From: Bdellovibrionota bacterium
Lineage (GTDB): Bacteria; Bdellovibrionota_C; UBA2361; CALJRW01
Reading direction: 5' to 3'
Assembly: GCA_041740355.1 (NCBI GenBank)
Contig: JBGSMD010000051.1
Location: 64,001 to 128,000, forward strand
DNA: 64,000 bases
Shown: piece after piece, positions 1-9,994 of the stretch
Layout of the letters: each line of letters begins with the position of its first letter
Numbering within the stretch: the first letter of the stretch is position 1
Notes under the pieces: generated by a model
The model's database searches: none
What the model was told of the DNA's origin: nothing
Seen by the model: only the letters and a program-made list of their open reading frames with translations
Program-made: the position numbers and the translations under genes

Positions 1-197
1 CGATCCGCTTCACCGCCAAGTGCTTGTACGTGCTTCTTAATGGTCATCGCACTTTTTTGATGATCTTTTAAAATATCGCGCAGTTCTTCTTTCCAAGGTT
101 GCTCGACTAATTCAATCGCCTGAACATAAGTCTCAATTGCCGAGATTTCACCTCTTAACAATTTATTAAATTCGTTAATACAATTTTCATTTTCCAT
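1..197 (-). CDS. DUF2383/PA2169-like ferritin-fold protein (partial, runs off window start)
   Basis: Not in ORF track. Manual translation from ATG at 197: MENENCINEFNKLLRGEISAIETYVQAIE...ILKDHQKSAMTIKKHVQALGGEAD. LLRGExSAxETY and H...LGGE motifs; AAGGAG RBS upstream. Confidence 0.75.
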   Translation of the reverse strand, partial: MENENCINEFNKLLRGEISAIETYVQAIELVEQPWKEELRDILKDHQKSAMTIKKHVQALGGEAD

Positions 198-426
198 AGA
201 ATTCTCCTTTAAAATAAAATCAAAAATTTAGTCCCAAAATCTTAGGGAATATAAATGCTAAAGTCCGAGCCTTAAACATCTTTTCCTTTTAGGTCATAAG
301 TTTTGGGACTCGCTATAAATTTGATTATTATTGATTAAGAAATTAATCGTTATGACTTCTGTCATATATGAAATGAGAACTAAAATGGCTTAAGGCCGCT
401 AAACTTTCACTCTAAAATAAGGATTG

Positions 427-1683
427 TTAGAATTGAGTCCGTAGCAGGGACCAAAAACTATCACTCATCTTTTGAAAACTGGAACGATTTTGCCAATCTT
501 TAAGGCGAACTTCGCGCGACTCCTGAAGGTCTAACTGAAACTGACGATCAAGTTCGCTAGCAACCTCAGGGTCAAAGAAATTTAAATTTGTTTCATAATT
601 TAAATGAAAGGAACGATAATCAAAATTCATGGAACCAATAGAACAAAAGTTTTGATCAATTACTAATGATTTAACATGCATCATTGTAGGCAAATATTCG
701 AAGATCTGTATACCAGCAGCTAACAATAATCCCCATGATGCACGAGAAGCTGCCTTTACTGCTTTGGCATCATTGTGAAATCCGGGCAATAATATTTTAA
801 CATCCACTCCCCTTCTTCTAGCTGCAATTAACTCATTAATTGCTAATCGATCGGGAACAAAATACCCACTGCTAATAATAATTTTTTTAGTGGCACAAGC
901 AATCGCAAAGAGAAACATTAAATGAGCACTATCACTCCCCCCTGCTGCCGAACTACTAAATCCTTGTGCCGAGGTAGTACCTTTAGTGATTAGTTTCGGG
1001 AAATACTTCTCACCATGAAGAACAATGGATGAAGTTTTTATCCAATTATCGACAAAAGATGATTGTAAATGTCCGACAACGGGGCCCTCTACCCGAAAAT
1101 GAGTGTCCCTCCAATGGTATGGATTTTCAGCATTACCTTCCCACTTATCAGCGATTCCTACTCCTCCTAAATAACCAGTCTGACCATCAATAATTAGTAG
1201 TTTACGATGGGTGCGATTGTTTAGTCGACCAATTGTATGCCATCTTGGCGGATGAAAGATTTGCACGTTTACTCCGGCATTCTTTAATCGTTTCAGATTT
1301 TTTTTAATTAAATAGGAACCAAACCAATCTATGGTTAAGTGAACTGATATTCCATTTTGAGCTTGGATAGCTAGAGCTTCAGTAAAATCCTCTCCGATTT
1401 TTCCCGATAAATAAATATATGTTTCTAAGCAAATAGAATTTTTTGCTTGTCGAATATCAGCTAACATTGCAGGAAAAATTTCCTTTCCATTGACCAGTGG
1501 AATAATTTTATTTCCCTCTAACAATGGAGGTCTTAATAAAGATCCCAAAGAAATCTTAAATTGTGGGTCAGCGACACCATAAAGATGTTTAATTGTATGA
1601 TAAAGTGCTTTTTCGGAACGTGTAAAATTTAATGTTAATAAGGTAATTAATACAGTGCCGAGTATAATTAGAGCAATGATCAT
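427..1683 (-). CDS. cls: Cardiolipin synthase (phospholipase D family)
   Basis: Two HKD motifs (HRKLLIID, HVKSLVID...GSMNFD), WRDTH motif, N-terminal TM helix. Confidence 0.9.
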   Translation of the reverse strand: MIIALIILGTVLITLLTLNFTRSEKALYHTIKHLYGVADPQFKISLGSLLRPPLLEGNKIIPLVNGKEIFPAMLADIRQAKNSICLETYIYLSGKIGEDFTEALAIQAQNGISVHLTIDWFGSYLIKKNLKRLKNAGVNVQIFHPPRWHTIGRLNNRTHRKLLIIDGQTGYLGGVGIADKWEGNAENPYHWRDTHFRVEGPVVGHLQSSFVDNWIKTSSIVLHGEKYFPKLITKGTTSAQGFSSSAAGGSDSAHLMFLFAIACATKKIIISSGYFVPDRLAINELIAARRRGVDVKILLPGFHNDAKAVKAASRASWGLLLAAGIQIFEYLPTMMHVKSLVIDQNFCSIGSMNFDYRSFHLNYETNLNFFDPEVASELDRQFQLDLQESREVRLKDWQNRSSFQKMSDSFWSLLRTQF

Positions 1684-2093
1684 TCTTTATTTCCAGAACT
1701 AAAGACAAAAGCTTCTTTATCCGCTCTTTGCCTAATCCAATTTAGTTCCTTACGAAGAGTTTGATTACTTAAAAAATAATTTTTGAGTTTCTTTTTGCTA
1801 GGAAAGGACATCAACATTAGACCAATTAGCATTACTATTATTCCGGGACCTGGGAGAATCAGCATTAGTGCTCCGATAATTATTAATATTACTCCAAGGA
1901 TATTTTTAATAATCAATTTCCATAAAGAACCGGAATTTTCTTTCTTTGATTCCTTTCTAATAAAATAATTTTTAGGTAAAGAAATTATTAAGAGCGGAAA
2001 TAAGATCAAAGAAACAATAAAAACTGAAACTGAAGAAATTAGGATTAATTCAGCATTATCTTCTAAAAGCTTAGTTAGGTATTTAATCGACAT
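1680..2093 (-). CDS. PGPGW-domain membrane protein
   Basis: LMLILPGPGII motif in hydrophobic hairpin; 4-nt overlap with cls. Confidence 0.75.
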   Translation of the reverse strand: MSIKYLTKLLEDNAELILISSVSVFIVSLILFPLLIISLPKNYFIRKESKKENSGSLWKLIIKNILGVILIIIGALMLILPGPGIIVMLIGLMLMSFPSKKKLKNYFLSNQTLRKELNWIRQRADKEAFVFSSGNKE

Positions 2094-2196
2094 AATAATA
2101 GAGCAGTTAATGTTTATTAATCCTTAATAACTTACTTCCATCTAGAGAACGTGGCGTATGATCCAAATCATTCCGAATTCGTTCTTGTAGGGCTAC

Positions 2197-2342
2197 TATT
2201 GTATGTGCAAAAAGTTGTTTCCGTAGGGAATTACTTTTTCGGGGCTTAATATCCATCGGAGGGATAATAAAATCATATAGTTATGACAAAAATTAGAAAG
2301 TTACCTTTTAATATTCGAAAATTAATTTCTGTCATAAATATA
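2197..2342 (+). repeat. Dispersed three-hairpin intergenic element, copy 1
   Basis: Shares GGAGGGATAATAAAATCATATAGTTATG exactly with copies 2 and 4; ATGAC...GTCAT distal hairpin; first hairpin degenerate. Confidence 0.9.
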
Positions 2343-2387
2343 TAAAAACCAAACTGGATTTTATAAATTACAGCACAAGATGCAATC

Positions 2388-3179
2388 ATGCCAATTACAA
2401 CAGATAATATTGATTTTGAGAGTACCCTAACTAAAAAATTAACTCTATTCTCATTAAATATCGCTCATGGAAGATGTAATAGCGTTCATCAACTTTTACA
2501 ATCTTCCAATCAAATTCACTTCAACCTAGATCAAATTGCCGAAGTCCTAATTCGCGAATCTCCGGACATCGTTGCTTTGCAAGAAGTTGATTATAATTCT
2601 TTTTGGAATGGCAGATTTGATCACATTACTTACCTCGCTGAAAAAGCGGGCTATCAGTATTATTTTAGCGGAAACCACACAAACCGACTTCAACTTTCAT
2701 ATGGCACTGCTTTGCTTTCAAAATATCCGCTTACAAATCAGGTTTCACTTAACTTGGTAAATTATCGATTACTTCCCGCTAAAGGTCTAGTGTCTGCTAC
2801 GATTCTTGTTAATGACCTAGAAATTGACGTGACCTCGCTCCATCTAGATTTCACTAGTAATCTGCTAAGAAAAAAACAGATTGAACAGTTAACGGAGCAC
2901 CAACAATCAAGAAAGCGAACCTGTATTATTATGGGTGATTTCAATGCAGACTATCAGAGTTCAAATTCTGTGATTCGAAAAATTAGTGAAATTTTAAAAT
3001 TAACTTCCTTTAAGCCCGAGAATAGTTTTGGAGGTACATTTAGATTTACTAAAAAACGTTTGGATTGGATCCTTGTTCCAGAAGAAATACAATTTCTTAG
3101 CTACAGGCATTTAGATGACATACTCTCCGATCACATGGCAATCGTGGCGGATCTTAGCATTAAAGTAAAAGATAATTAG
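2388..3179 (+). CDS. Endonuclease/exonuclease/phosphatase (EEP) family protein
   Basis: NIAHG, PDIVALQEVD, HLD, MGDFN, LDWI and SDH catalytic motifs. Confidence 0.9.
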   Translation: MPITTDNIDFESTLTKKLTLFSLNIAHGRCNSVHQLLQSSNQIHFNLDQIAEVLIRESPDIVALQEVDYNSFWNGRFDHITYLAEKAGYQYYFSGNHTNRLQLSYGTALLSKYPLTNQVSLNLVNYRLLPAKGLVSATILVNDLEIDVTSLHLDFTSNLLRKKQIEQLTEHQQSRKRTCIIMGDFNADYQSSNSVIRKISEILKLTSFKPENSFGGTFRFTKKRLDWILVPEEIQFLSYRHLDDILSDHMAIVADLSIKVKDN

Positions 3180-3301
3180 ATGAAAGTTTAAATCGAAGCA
3201 TAAAAAGAAGAATGTAAATATTCTTTGTGGGTACTAACTCATTCCAGAATTATTACTAAATTCGTATTGGGTAGGATGTTTTAACTTTGGACTTCATGAA
3301 T

Positions 3302-3449
3302 TATAGAAAGTCCAAAAAGTAATTTACGTAAGAAAATTACTTTTGGGGGCTTTCTATCCCCCGGAGGGATAATAAAATCATATAGTTATGACAAAAAAGC
3401 AAATTAATTTATATACTTTTTACGTAATTTATTTTTTGTCATCACTATA
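3302..3449 (+). repeat. Dispersed three-hairpin intergenic element, copy 2 (reference copy)
   Basis: TATAGAAAGTCCAAAAAGTAATTT..AAATTACTTTTGGGGGCTTTCTA, then ATCCC-CCGGA-GGGAT, then TATAGTTATGACAAAAAA..TTTTTTGTCATCACTATA. Confidence 0.92.
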
Positions 3450-3450
3450 A

Positions 3451-4218
3451 CTATAAAAGAGCGTGACTAACTAATTCAACTTTAACCTTAATCGCTGGAT
3501 CAATCATTTCCATAGCTTCTTCAAAATGTCTGATACATTTATTTTCCATTTCAACTTCATGGATATCTCTAGGAATAAAAAGATGCAGAGAATGATGCTT
3601 TCTAGAATATAAAAAGGAAGATGTCAGAAGTTGATAAGATTTTGTTTCTACACCACAGACTATCCTTTCTTGGTTCAGGCAGTCGATGGCATTGTTATGT
3701 GTACTCCAAAGGCTATACCTCGAGGCGTTAACTCCCGTTGTTTCTGAATGATAAAAGACCATTCGAGTACGAGCATTAAATTCTTGCAAGTCCGGTATGC
3801 GGGCTAGAGGAACGTTCTCGGGAAATACCTCACCTGAATTGAAACGAAAGAATTTTAATGCCTGATTAAGTTGATGCAGAGATGGACTAGTATTCTTAGC
3901 TATTTTCGAAAATGTAGCCAAATTTTTAGAACACCAAAGTGCTGTAGTGCAAACAGTGCCTAAAACGATTTCAGTTTTAACATCTGCTGATTCCATCAAA
4001 TATATTTTCACTGCTGCTACAGGATCCTTGGTATCATTAATTAAATTAGTTAAATGTAGAACTTCAGTCTCTTTATCTAACGGAGCATTTTGAATCCTTA
4101 TGACTCCTGCTTTGAGTTGCTCTCCATAGCACAAGATACCGTGCTGAAGGTGAAGATAATGGCCACTGGCTAATTCAGCTTTAAGTTCAAATCTTATTTT
4201 TGCTAATGGCTCGTGCAT
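3451..4218 (-). CDS. Hypothetical protein
   Basis: 255-aa ORF, no recognised motif. Confidence 0.6.
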   Translation of the reverse strand: MHEPLAKIRFELKAELASGHYLHLQHGILCYGEQLKAGVIRIQNAPLDKETEVLHLTNLINDTKDPVAAVKIYLMESADVKTEIVLGTVCTTALWCSKNLATFSKIAKNTSPSLHQLNQALKFFRFNSGEVFPENVPLARIPDLQEFNARTRMVFYHSETTGVNASRYSLWSTHNNAIDCLNQERIVCGVETKSYQLLTSSFLYSRKHHSLHLFIPRDIHEVEMENKCIRHFEEAMEMIDPAIKVKVELVSHALL

Positions 4219-4269
4219 TGCCTTTATTTATCATTTTTTGATTTGTTAAGAAAATATTTGAGTACTTAT

Positions 4270-4608
4270 TTAGGATAGGAGAATCTTTTCCAGAAGCGGA
4301 AGATGAAAGGCAAGTTCGTTAGCACTAGTTACCGAATCAAGATATTGTCCTTCCAAAGTTTGGACATTCATAATACTTAGCTTGTTTCCTTCAAAGTGAT
4401 ATCGGGAGAGGCTTTGAACTAAATTGCCGCAGTGCTTAACATTTAAAACTAGCTCTTTACCAAGAGAAGCAACTTGAAAGGACTTATCGGGATCAATAAC
4501 AATCCAATTTTCGGAGGCTTCTATTGCAAATTGCTGCAAACGCTGAAGAGCTTGCGCTGATATGACGGGATGCTGGCTTAAATCTCTTGAGAAAATAATT
4601 AATAACAT
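4270..4608 (-). CDS. Hypothetical protein
   Basis: 112-aa ORF, co-oriented with neighbours, no motif. Confidence 0.45.
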   Translation of the reverse strand: MLLIIFSRDLSQHPVISAQALQRLQQFAIEASENWIVIDPDKSFQVASLGKELVLNVKHCGNLVQSLSRYHFEGNKLSIMNVQTLEGQYLDSVTSANELAFHLPLLEKILLS

Positions 4609-4755
4609 AACTAATAATTATGAACAAAAAACATGTAGTGATACTAATATGGGAGAATCATGCCAGCAATCCAACACAACAGAAGCTTCGGTTATAGTAT
4701 GTCGGCTAAGGTGCAATTAGAATAAACTCAGTTTAATAAATAAAATGAGATTATT

Positions 4756-6525
4756 CTAATCTTGAATGAATCCACTTACTTGTCGCTCCCAAATTCGTGA
4801 ATATAGACCTTGTTGGGCTAATAACTCTTGATGAGTTCCCGACTCCATCAGTTGACCTTGATCGATAACTAAAATCCGATCCATCATCTGAAGTGTAGAT
4901 AAGCGATGAGCAATGGCAATAACGGTTTTCCCCTTCATAAGTTTTGATAAGGCCGTTTGAATCACCGCCTCACTCTCACTATCAAGTGCACTAGTAGCTT
5001 CATCTAAGACAAGAATTGGGGAGTTCTTTAAAAAAGCGCGCGCAATAGCAATCCTTTGCCTCTGCCCCCCCGAAAGTTTGACTCCCCGTTCACCGACATA
5101 AGTAAAATATTTTTGCGGAAATGATTCAATAAAGTCGGCAGCAAATGCCTGTTCAGCTGCTTCTCGCACATTTGATTCCGTGGCTTTAAAACTTCCGTAA
5201 CGAATATTATCAAAAATTGTACGATGAAATAATTCAGTATTCTGAGGGACATACCCAATGTTCGTTCGTAGGCTATCCAAACTTACTTTAGCGATATCCT
5301 GTTGATCAATTAAGATTTGACCAGAATCTAGATTATGTTGGCGAAGCAATAAACTGACTAATGTTGATTTGCCTGCACCGCTTAGCCCAACTAATCCTAC
5401 TTTTTCGCCGGGATTAACTTTTATATTTAAATGCTTAAAAACTTTATCTTGATTGTAGCCAAAACTAAGATCCCTAAATTCAATTCCACCACTTGCGACT
5501 ATTAATTGCTGATCACTAAATTTATCTTGAATTTCGTATGGCAACAAAATATCATCTAAACCTTCTTGCATTTGCCCATAGTTCTGCAAAGTCGTAGTGA
5601 TGGCATTCCCCAGAAAAAACAATCCCCGCTCTAATGAAACTAAAATTGCCACAATCATCACAATACTTCCTACGCTGATTAGATTTGCTTGCAATAAATA
5701 AACGCAGGCACAAAGCATCATCAACATGAAAACTGCGATTAAGATCGCGTTATAAACTAAGACCCATTCTGCTTCATACCAACTTTTTAAATGTCGTAGT
5801 TGGGAAATTTTAACATAACGACTAATATGCTTTTGTTCAAAAAATACTCCGGGAGCAGTTTGGACTGAGAGAATATTCCCAGTACTATCAATCATTTTGC
5901 CCTTTAACTTGGAGCCAGAATTAGCATCTTGGTAATAATATCTTTTCAATTTAACACCAAGAAAAATATTTATGGCAACAAATAAAATCATCCATCCCGA
6001 AAGGATTAGACTTAGCAAATAATGAGTATTATATGTTAGATATAAATCAGCGAATAATCCGATTAGTAATGGAAAAAAGTTCCACATTGCTTCTCCGGCA
6101 ATAGAGGCAAAGCCATTAGCAACATTGGAGATTTTATTAGCAAGTGCCCCAGCAAACCGGTTGTGGAAATAACTGACAGAATGTCGACTTAGATAATTAA
6201 ATAAATTTTGATTGATATTGGCTTTCGTTTTCGTAATCCAACGCATCCCGGCAAATCCACTAAAGCGCCAGATAATACTATTTAAGAATTGAACCACAGC
6301 ATAAATCACAGCCAATTTCCAAAGGGTAGAATATGGAACTTGCGAATTAGAAGCAGCAATTGCCGTATTAGTAATTGATTGGACCAGAAATATTTTCACA
6401 CGACCAAAAACTGTCGCGATAATCACCCCAAAAACACACAATAAAATCCAAAGTCTTACTGACTTCGTCGATAGGAGTGTAAATTTCCAAGGAGAGTGGA
6501 CAATTGGAGGCTGGGTCATTCCCAC
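4756..6525 (-). CDS. ABC exporter, fused permease/ATP-binding protein (MsbA/Atm1-like)
   Basis: TM domain plus Walker A GLSGAGKST, signature LSGGQRQR, Walker B ILVLDEATSALD, AHRLST. Confidence 0.93.
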   Translation of the reverse strand: MGMTQPPIVHSPWKFTLLSTKSVRLWILLCVFGVIIATVFGRVKIFLVQSITNTAIAASNSQVPYSTLWKLAVIYAVVQFLNSIIWRFSGFAGMRWITKTKANINQNLFNYLSRHSVSYFHNRFAGALANKISNVANGFASIAGEAMWNFFPLLIGLFADLYLTYNTHYLLSLILSGWMILFVAINIFLGVKLKRYYYQDANSGSKLKGKMIDSTGNILSVQTAPGVFFEQKHISRYVKISQLRHLKSWYEAEWVLVYNAILIAVFMLMMLCACVYLLQANLISVGSIVMIVAILVSLERGLFFLGNAITTTLQNYGQMQEGLDDILLPYEIQDKFSDQQLIVASGGIEFRDLSFGYNQDKVFKHLNIKVNPGEKVGLVGLSGAGKSTLVSLLLRQHNLDSGQILIDQQDIAKVSLDSLRTNIGYVPQNTELFHRTIFDNIRYGSFKATESNVREAAEQAFAADFIESFPQKYFTYVGERGVKLSGGQRQRIAIARAFLKNSPILVLDEATSALDSESEAVIQTALSKLMKGKTVIAIAHRLSTLQMMDRILVIDQGQLMESGTHQELLAQQGLYSRIWERQVSGFIQD

Positions 6526-6593
6526 TTTATAACAAACAGAACTTAGATTTGCAAAAATTACTAAGCGAAGAAATCGATCCGTGCGTTAGAAAT

Positions 6594-7424
6594 CTAAAGG
6601 GGATCATCAAGATTAATCTGCAGATCGGGTACTATCTCCGCAGGAGCAATTTTGAATGTTCCCACAGTTAAAATTTTACCTTTTCTTAAGTTGGCAACTT
6701 TGGCTTTGCTTCTTTTGCCAAGGCTACCTTCTAATTTTTTAGCTTTCCCCTGCCCATAGATAACTTCAACCTGATTGGAGTAGACTCCCAGCGCTGTCCA
6801 AACGGGATCATTAGTTGGAATGATGTAAGCTTCAATTAAATCCTCAATCTCGAAATATTCAATTTTGAAAGGTAGATTATAATTAATTTCTGGACAGATT
6901 TCCGCTAGCTTGGAATCCTTAGTTAAGTTTAAAAAACAATTGGAATTAAAAATTCCTAAATCTGCGACAATTAAACTTAAGTCTAATGCTTGAATATTAT
7001 CTAAGTTGTTAGAATTAAGCTGATAAAGTGATCTTAATCCAATCGCAGCAATTTTTTCAAATTTCTTTTTTCCATTAACTTTTGTGCGCTTTTCTAATAT
7101 TTTTAGTTCTTCTTGATTGCCGGGATTAATAATTGTCTCTCCCAGATAGTAAACATTACTGGCAAGATCGCTGAGGCTCGCAAAATCAATTTTATTAGTA
7201 GCACTACTTAAATTAAAAACTGGTACTGAATTTTTTTTAAGGCCGGTTAATTTGGTTAAATAACTACCATCTGCTAATTTTTGAATTTTGAATTCTCGAA
7301 AATCAGCACCTTTATTGAAAGTAGTAAAACCCTTATAAAAACCGGGTATCCCAATTAAAGTTAAAATAAAAAGAACTAATAACAATAAATTAAGTTTGTG
7401 AATAATTTTTTTTGACATAGACAA
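6594..7424 (-). CDS. Hypothetical membrane-anchored/exported protein
   Basis: 276 aa with N-terminal basic-hydrophobic segment. Confidence 0.6.
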   Translation of the reverse strand: MSMSKKIIHKLNLLLLVLFILTLIGIPGFYKGFTTFNKGADFREFKIQKLADGSYLTKLTGLKKNSVPVFNLSSATNKIDFASLSDLASNVYYLGETIINPGNQEELKILEKRTKVNGKKKFEKIAAIGLRSLYQLNSNNLDNIQALDLSLIVADLGIFNSNCFLNLTKDSKLAEICPEINYNLPFKIEYFEIEDLIEAYIIPTNDPVWTALGVYSNQVEVIYGQGKAKKLEGSLGKRSKAKVANLRKGKILTVGTFKIAPAEIVPDLQINLDDPL

Positions 7425-7543
7425 CGACAGATTAAACTAACTTGGAGTTCTAATTTAGATGTTGTGAATGGGTAAATGGATTTATTCAGGAGGTTAATTG
7501 TTTTAAAAATTGTATAAGATATTTTCTGAATGAATTTAGATAG

Positions 7544-8257
7544 TTATGCGTTCAGTTGGCCTAATCCATAAGCCATAGCCTGTTCTATTCGAAGCATTCG
7601 CGGACCATAATTTACTGGCAGAAAACCATTATCCAGAAAAATTGTTTCCTCTTCAAGTTTCCAACCTTTCTCCGGTCCAATCGCCAAAATAGTTTTATCT
7701 AAGCTTGGTATGCTTACTAAGCGAGACTCAACTTTGGTAGTCGCTAAAAATTTGCCACTTGTTTGATTCAAAGGATCAAGTAAAAAACTATTAAAATAAT
7801 CAGTAAAGTTACGTTCAATAATAATTCTTGGCGCCAGATAATCCCCCGACTGTGCCATACCTAAAGATAAATCATGTTTAAGTTGGCGCTCTTCCCAAAT
7901 TTTAGAATACAAATAATTCTTTTCGGAATTTGCTGAGAAAAGAAAAATGATTTCAGCTATTCCCAAAGTCATTGAGAGCTGTAAGACTTTTTTTACCGTC
8001 TGAGGTCGACATAATCCAATAATAAGCGAAACTGGATTTTTTGCTAATTGATAAGTCGATTCTTGATATGTAATTTCTACCGAATTTTTACTGATCGATT
8101 TTATATGTGCGGTGCCACGACTTTGATTATAAAGGATCGCCGAAATATTCAAACCAAGCTTCAAATCATGTTGCTTGATTAATTCGCGAGCTTCCGCATC
8201 TTGATATGAGTAGTAATCACTGACAAAATGTTCTGAATCTAAAACTAAATAATTCAT
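7544..8257 (-). CDS. rsmE: 16S rRNA m3U1498 methyltransferase RsmE
   Basis: SPOUT motifs LAIGPEKGW and GPRMLRIEQA; GLCRP motif. Confidence 0.85.
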   Translation of the reverse strand: MNYLVLDSEHFVSDYYSYQDAEARELIKQHDLKLGLNISAILYNQSRGTAHIKSISKNSVEITYQESTYQLAKNPVSLIIGLCRPQTVKKVLQLSMTLGIAEIIFLFSANSEKNYLYSKIWEERQLKHDLSLGMAQSGDYLAPRIIIERNFTDYFNSFLLDPLNQTSGKFLATTKVESRLVSIPSLDKTILAIGPEKGWKLEEETIFLDNGFLPVNYGPRMLRIEQAMAYGLGQLNA

Positions 8258-9369
8258 AACTTTGATCTTAATACTTGTTGAATAATTTTTCGTCCAAATT
8301 GACGATAGGTAGTATACTTAGCGGCATAAACTTGGAAATAGGAATCAGCTTGTAAGATTAGATCAGCACTTAGAAAATCTGCATCACTTGTAAATTCAGA
8401 CTTAGCTGGCAAGACGCCCTGCTCTAATTGAACTAAATTTTCAAATTCAAATGAAAATTCTGGACAGGCCTGATTAAAACTTTGAATTGCGGCCAGTTGA
8501 TCTGTTTTCGTAATTTCTTGATTCGCTTTAGCGGTAAATGTTCCTAGGGCAATTAGATTGTTACCACGTGGAACTACAAAAAATTGTCGTCCTTCGCTAC
8601 TGGCAACGGCAAAAGCACTTTCTAAAAGGCGATTATCTTTAAAAATTAAATTAAAAGATTTGCCCCAAAAAATCCTTTTCGGAAAACTTGGAATATTATG
8701 CTTAAGGATCGATTCACTTCCAATTGCAGCTGAGTTCACAACACTTTTAGCTTTGATTTTATTACCATAGCTATCGATTAACTGATAGTAGTCTGGCATT
8801 TTAAAAACCTCAGTAATCTTAGTCGCAGTCACAATCTCAACAAATTCTGTTAAATTGGCTAACTCACGAGTTACTAGTTCTCTGGGATTAAGCATTTGCG
8901 CATCATGCCAAACTAATGCCCAGTGTGAAAATCTCTGCGCTAAAAATGGCAAATAAAGACTCGCAGCGGACTCAGATTTAACATCCGGTCTTGGTAAAGG
9001 GGATTTTAAAAAACGTTGTAGCAGATGATAAATTTTTGCACCGATTATTGCTGGGTATTTACTTTTTAACCCACTAGCGTTTAGCGGCATTAAACAACGA
9101 AGTGCTACAATTAAATCCGGATAAGTAATGAATAACTCACTTTGCGCTTGAATCGACTTAAGGGTCCTCGGGAAATTTAACTTTTGTAGATAACGAAATC
9201 CGCCGTGGATTATTCTTAAACTATTGTCAGAAGTTTCACTGGCAACTTCTGCCTGACTTTCGATTAAAACAGTTTTGATTTTATTTTGGTTAGCAGCGAC
9301 AGCAATACCAATCCCAGTAATTCCAGCACCAATAATTGCTAAATCAAAGATGTGTTCTTCTTTAGACAT
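8254..9369 (-). CDS. FAD-dependent oxidoreductase, glycerol-3-phosphate dehydrogenase (GlpD)-like, short form
   Basis: IIGAGITG, SLRIIHGGFRYL, KYTTYR; shorter than canonical GlpD. Confidence 0.75.
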   Translation of the reverse strand: MSKEEHIFDLAIIGAGITGIGIAVAANQNKIKTVLIESQAEVASETSDNSLRIIHGGFRYLQKLNFPRTLKSIQAQSELFITYPDLIVALRCLMPLNASGLKSKYPAIIGAKIYHLLQRFLKSPLPRPDVKSESAASLYLPFLAQRFSHWALVWHDAQMLNPRELVTRELANLTEFVEIVTATKITEVFKMPDYYQLIDSYGNKIKAKSVVNSAAIGSESILKHNIPSFPKRIFWGKSFNLIFKDNRLLESAFAVASSEGRQFFVVPRGNNLIALGTFTAKANQEITKTDQLAAIQSFNQACPEFSFEFENLVQLEQGVLPAKSEFTSDADFLSADLILQADSYFQVYAAKYTTYRQFGRKIIQQVLRSKL

Positions 9370-9373
9370 CAGT

Positions 9374-9994
9374 TTATCTTTTTAAAACTAGTAAACCTAG
9401 GTTCATTCGAGAAAGCTGTCGTTCCAGTGGATAATACTTTGGCATATAATCTTGATCTGCTTTAATAAATGAAGGCCGATCGCTTAAGAAGAATTCCGCG
9501 GGAACCGCTTGATCTTGATCAGCAGAATTGCTTTTAAGATTGTGTATTTGTCGCTTAGTAGCTCTCGGTTCTAGGAGTCCAAATCGTCCGTAGTTTAACA
9601 TCTGTAAAAAATAAGCTAAATTACCAATAACTGCAGCACCAAGAGTATCTTTTGGATCAAAATACCTTTTCTGTGGCAGTCCTAATTCTTGAATAAAAAG
9701 ATATAATACTCGAAGTAAGGCTAAACCAGTTAAAGTGGAAAAGATGGTGTTCCAAAAATCAATTTTTAATCCAAGATATTTAATCCCCACTCCAATTATT
9801 ATAACCAGGAAATTACTATATCTTTCTATGGGAATCTGCCCATTAATATTACTGGTTAAACCTAATCCAACTGTTAGATTTTTGGAATCTTGAAAAGAAA
9901 GATAGGCGTCATTGCAAACAAAGGAAAACTGGTAAACCAAAAAAAGGTATAAAATTGTAGCCATGCCAATTATAAATTGGTGCTTAAACTTCAA
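9374..9994 (-). pseudogene. Probable internally deleted GT-C fold membrane glycosyltransferase
   Basis: N-terminus (NDAYLSF..KNL..GLGL..N....IERYSNFL) is a degraded DDAYISFRYARNL..G.GL..N...VEGYSNFLW motif. It is joined almost directly to C-terminal-type motifs (AAVIGNLAYF, RFGLLEP). Only 206 aa, versus about 500 aa typical. Confidence 0.5.

Noticed and set aside
3302-3449. Three-hairpin element as an integron attC site
   Set aside because: No RYYYAAC/GTTRRRY ends, three separate hairpins rather than one, mixed orientations, housekeeping neighbours and no intI in the window.
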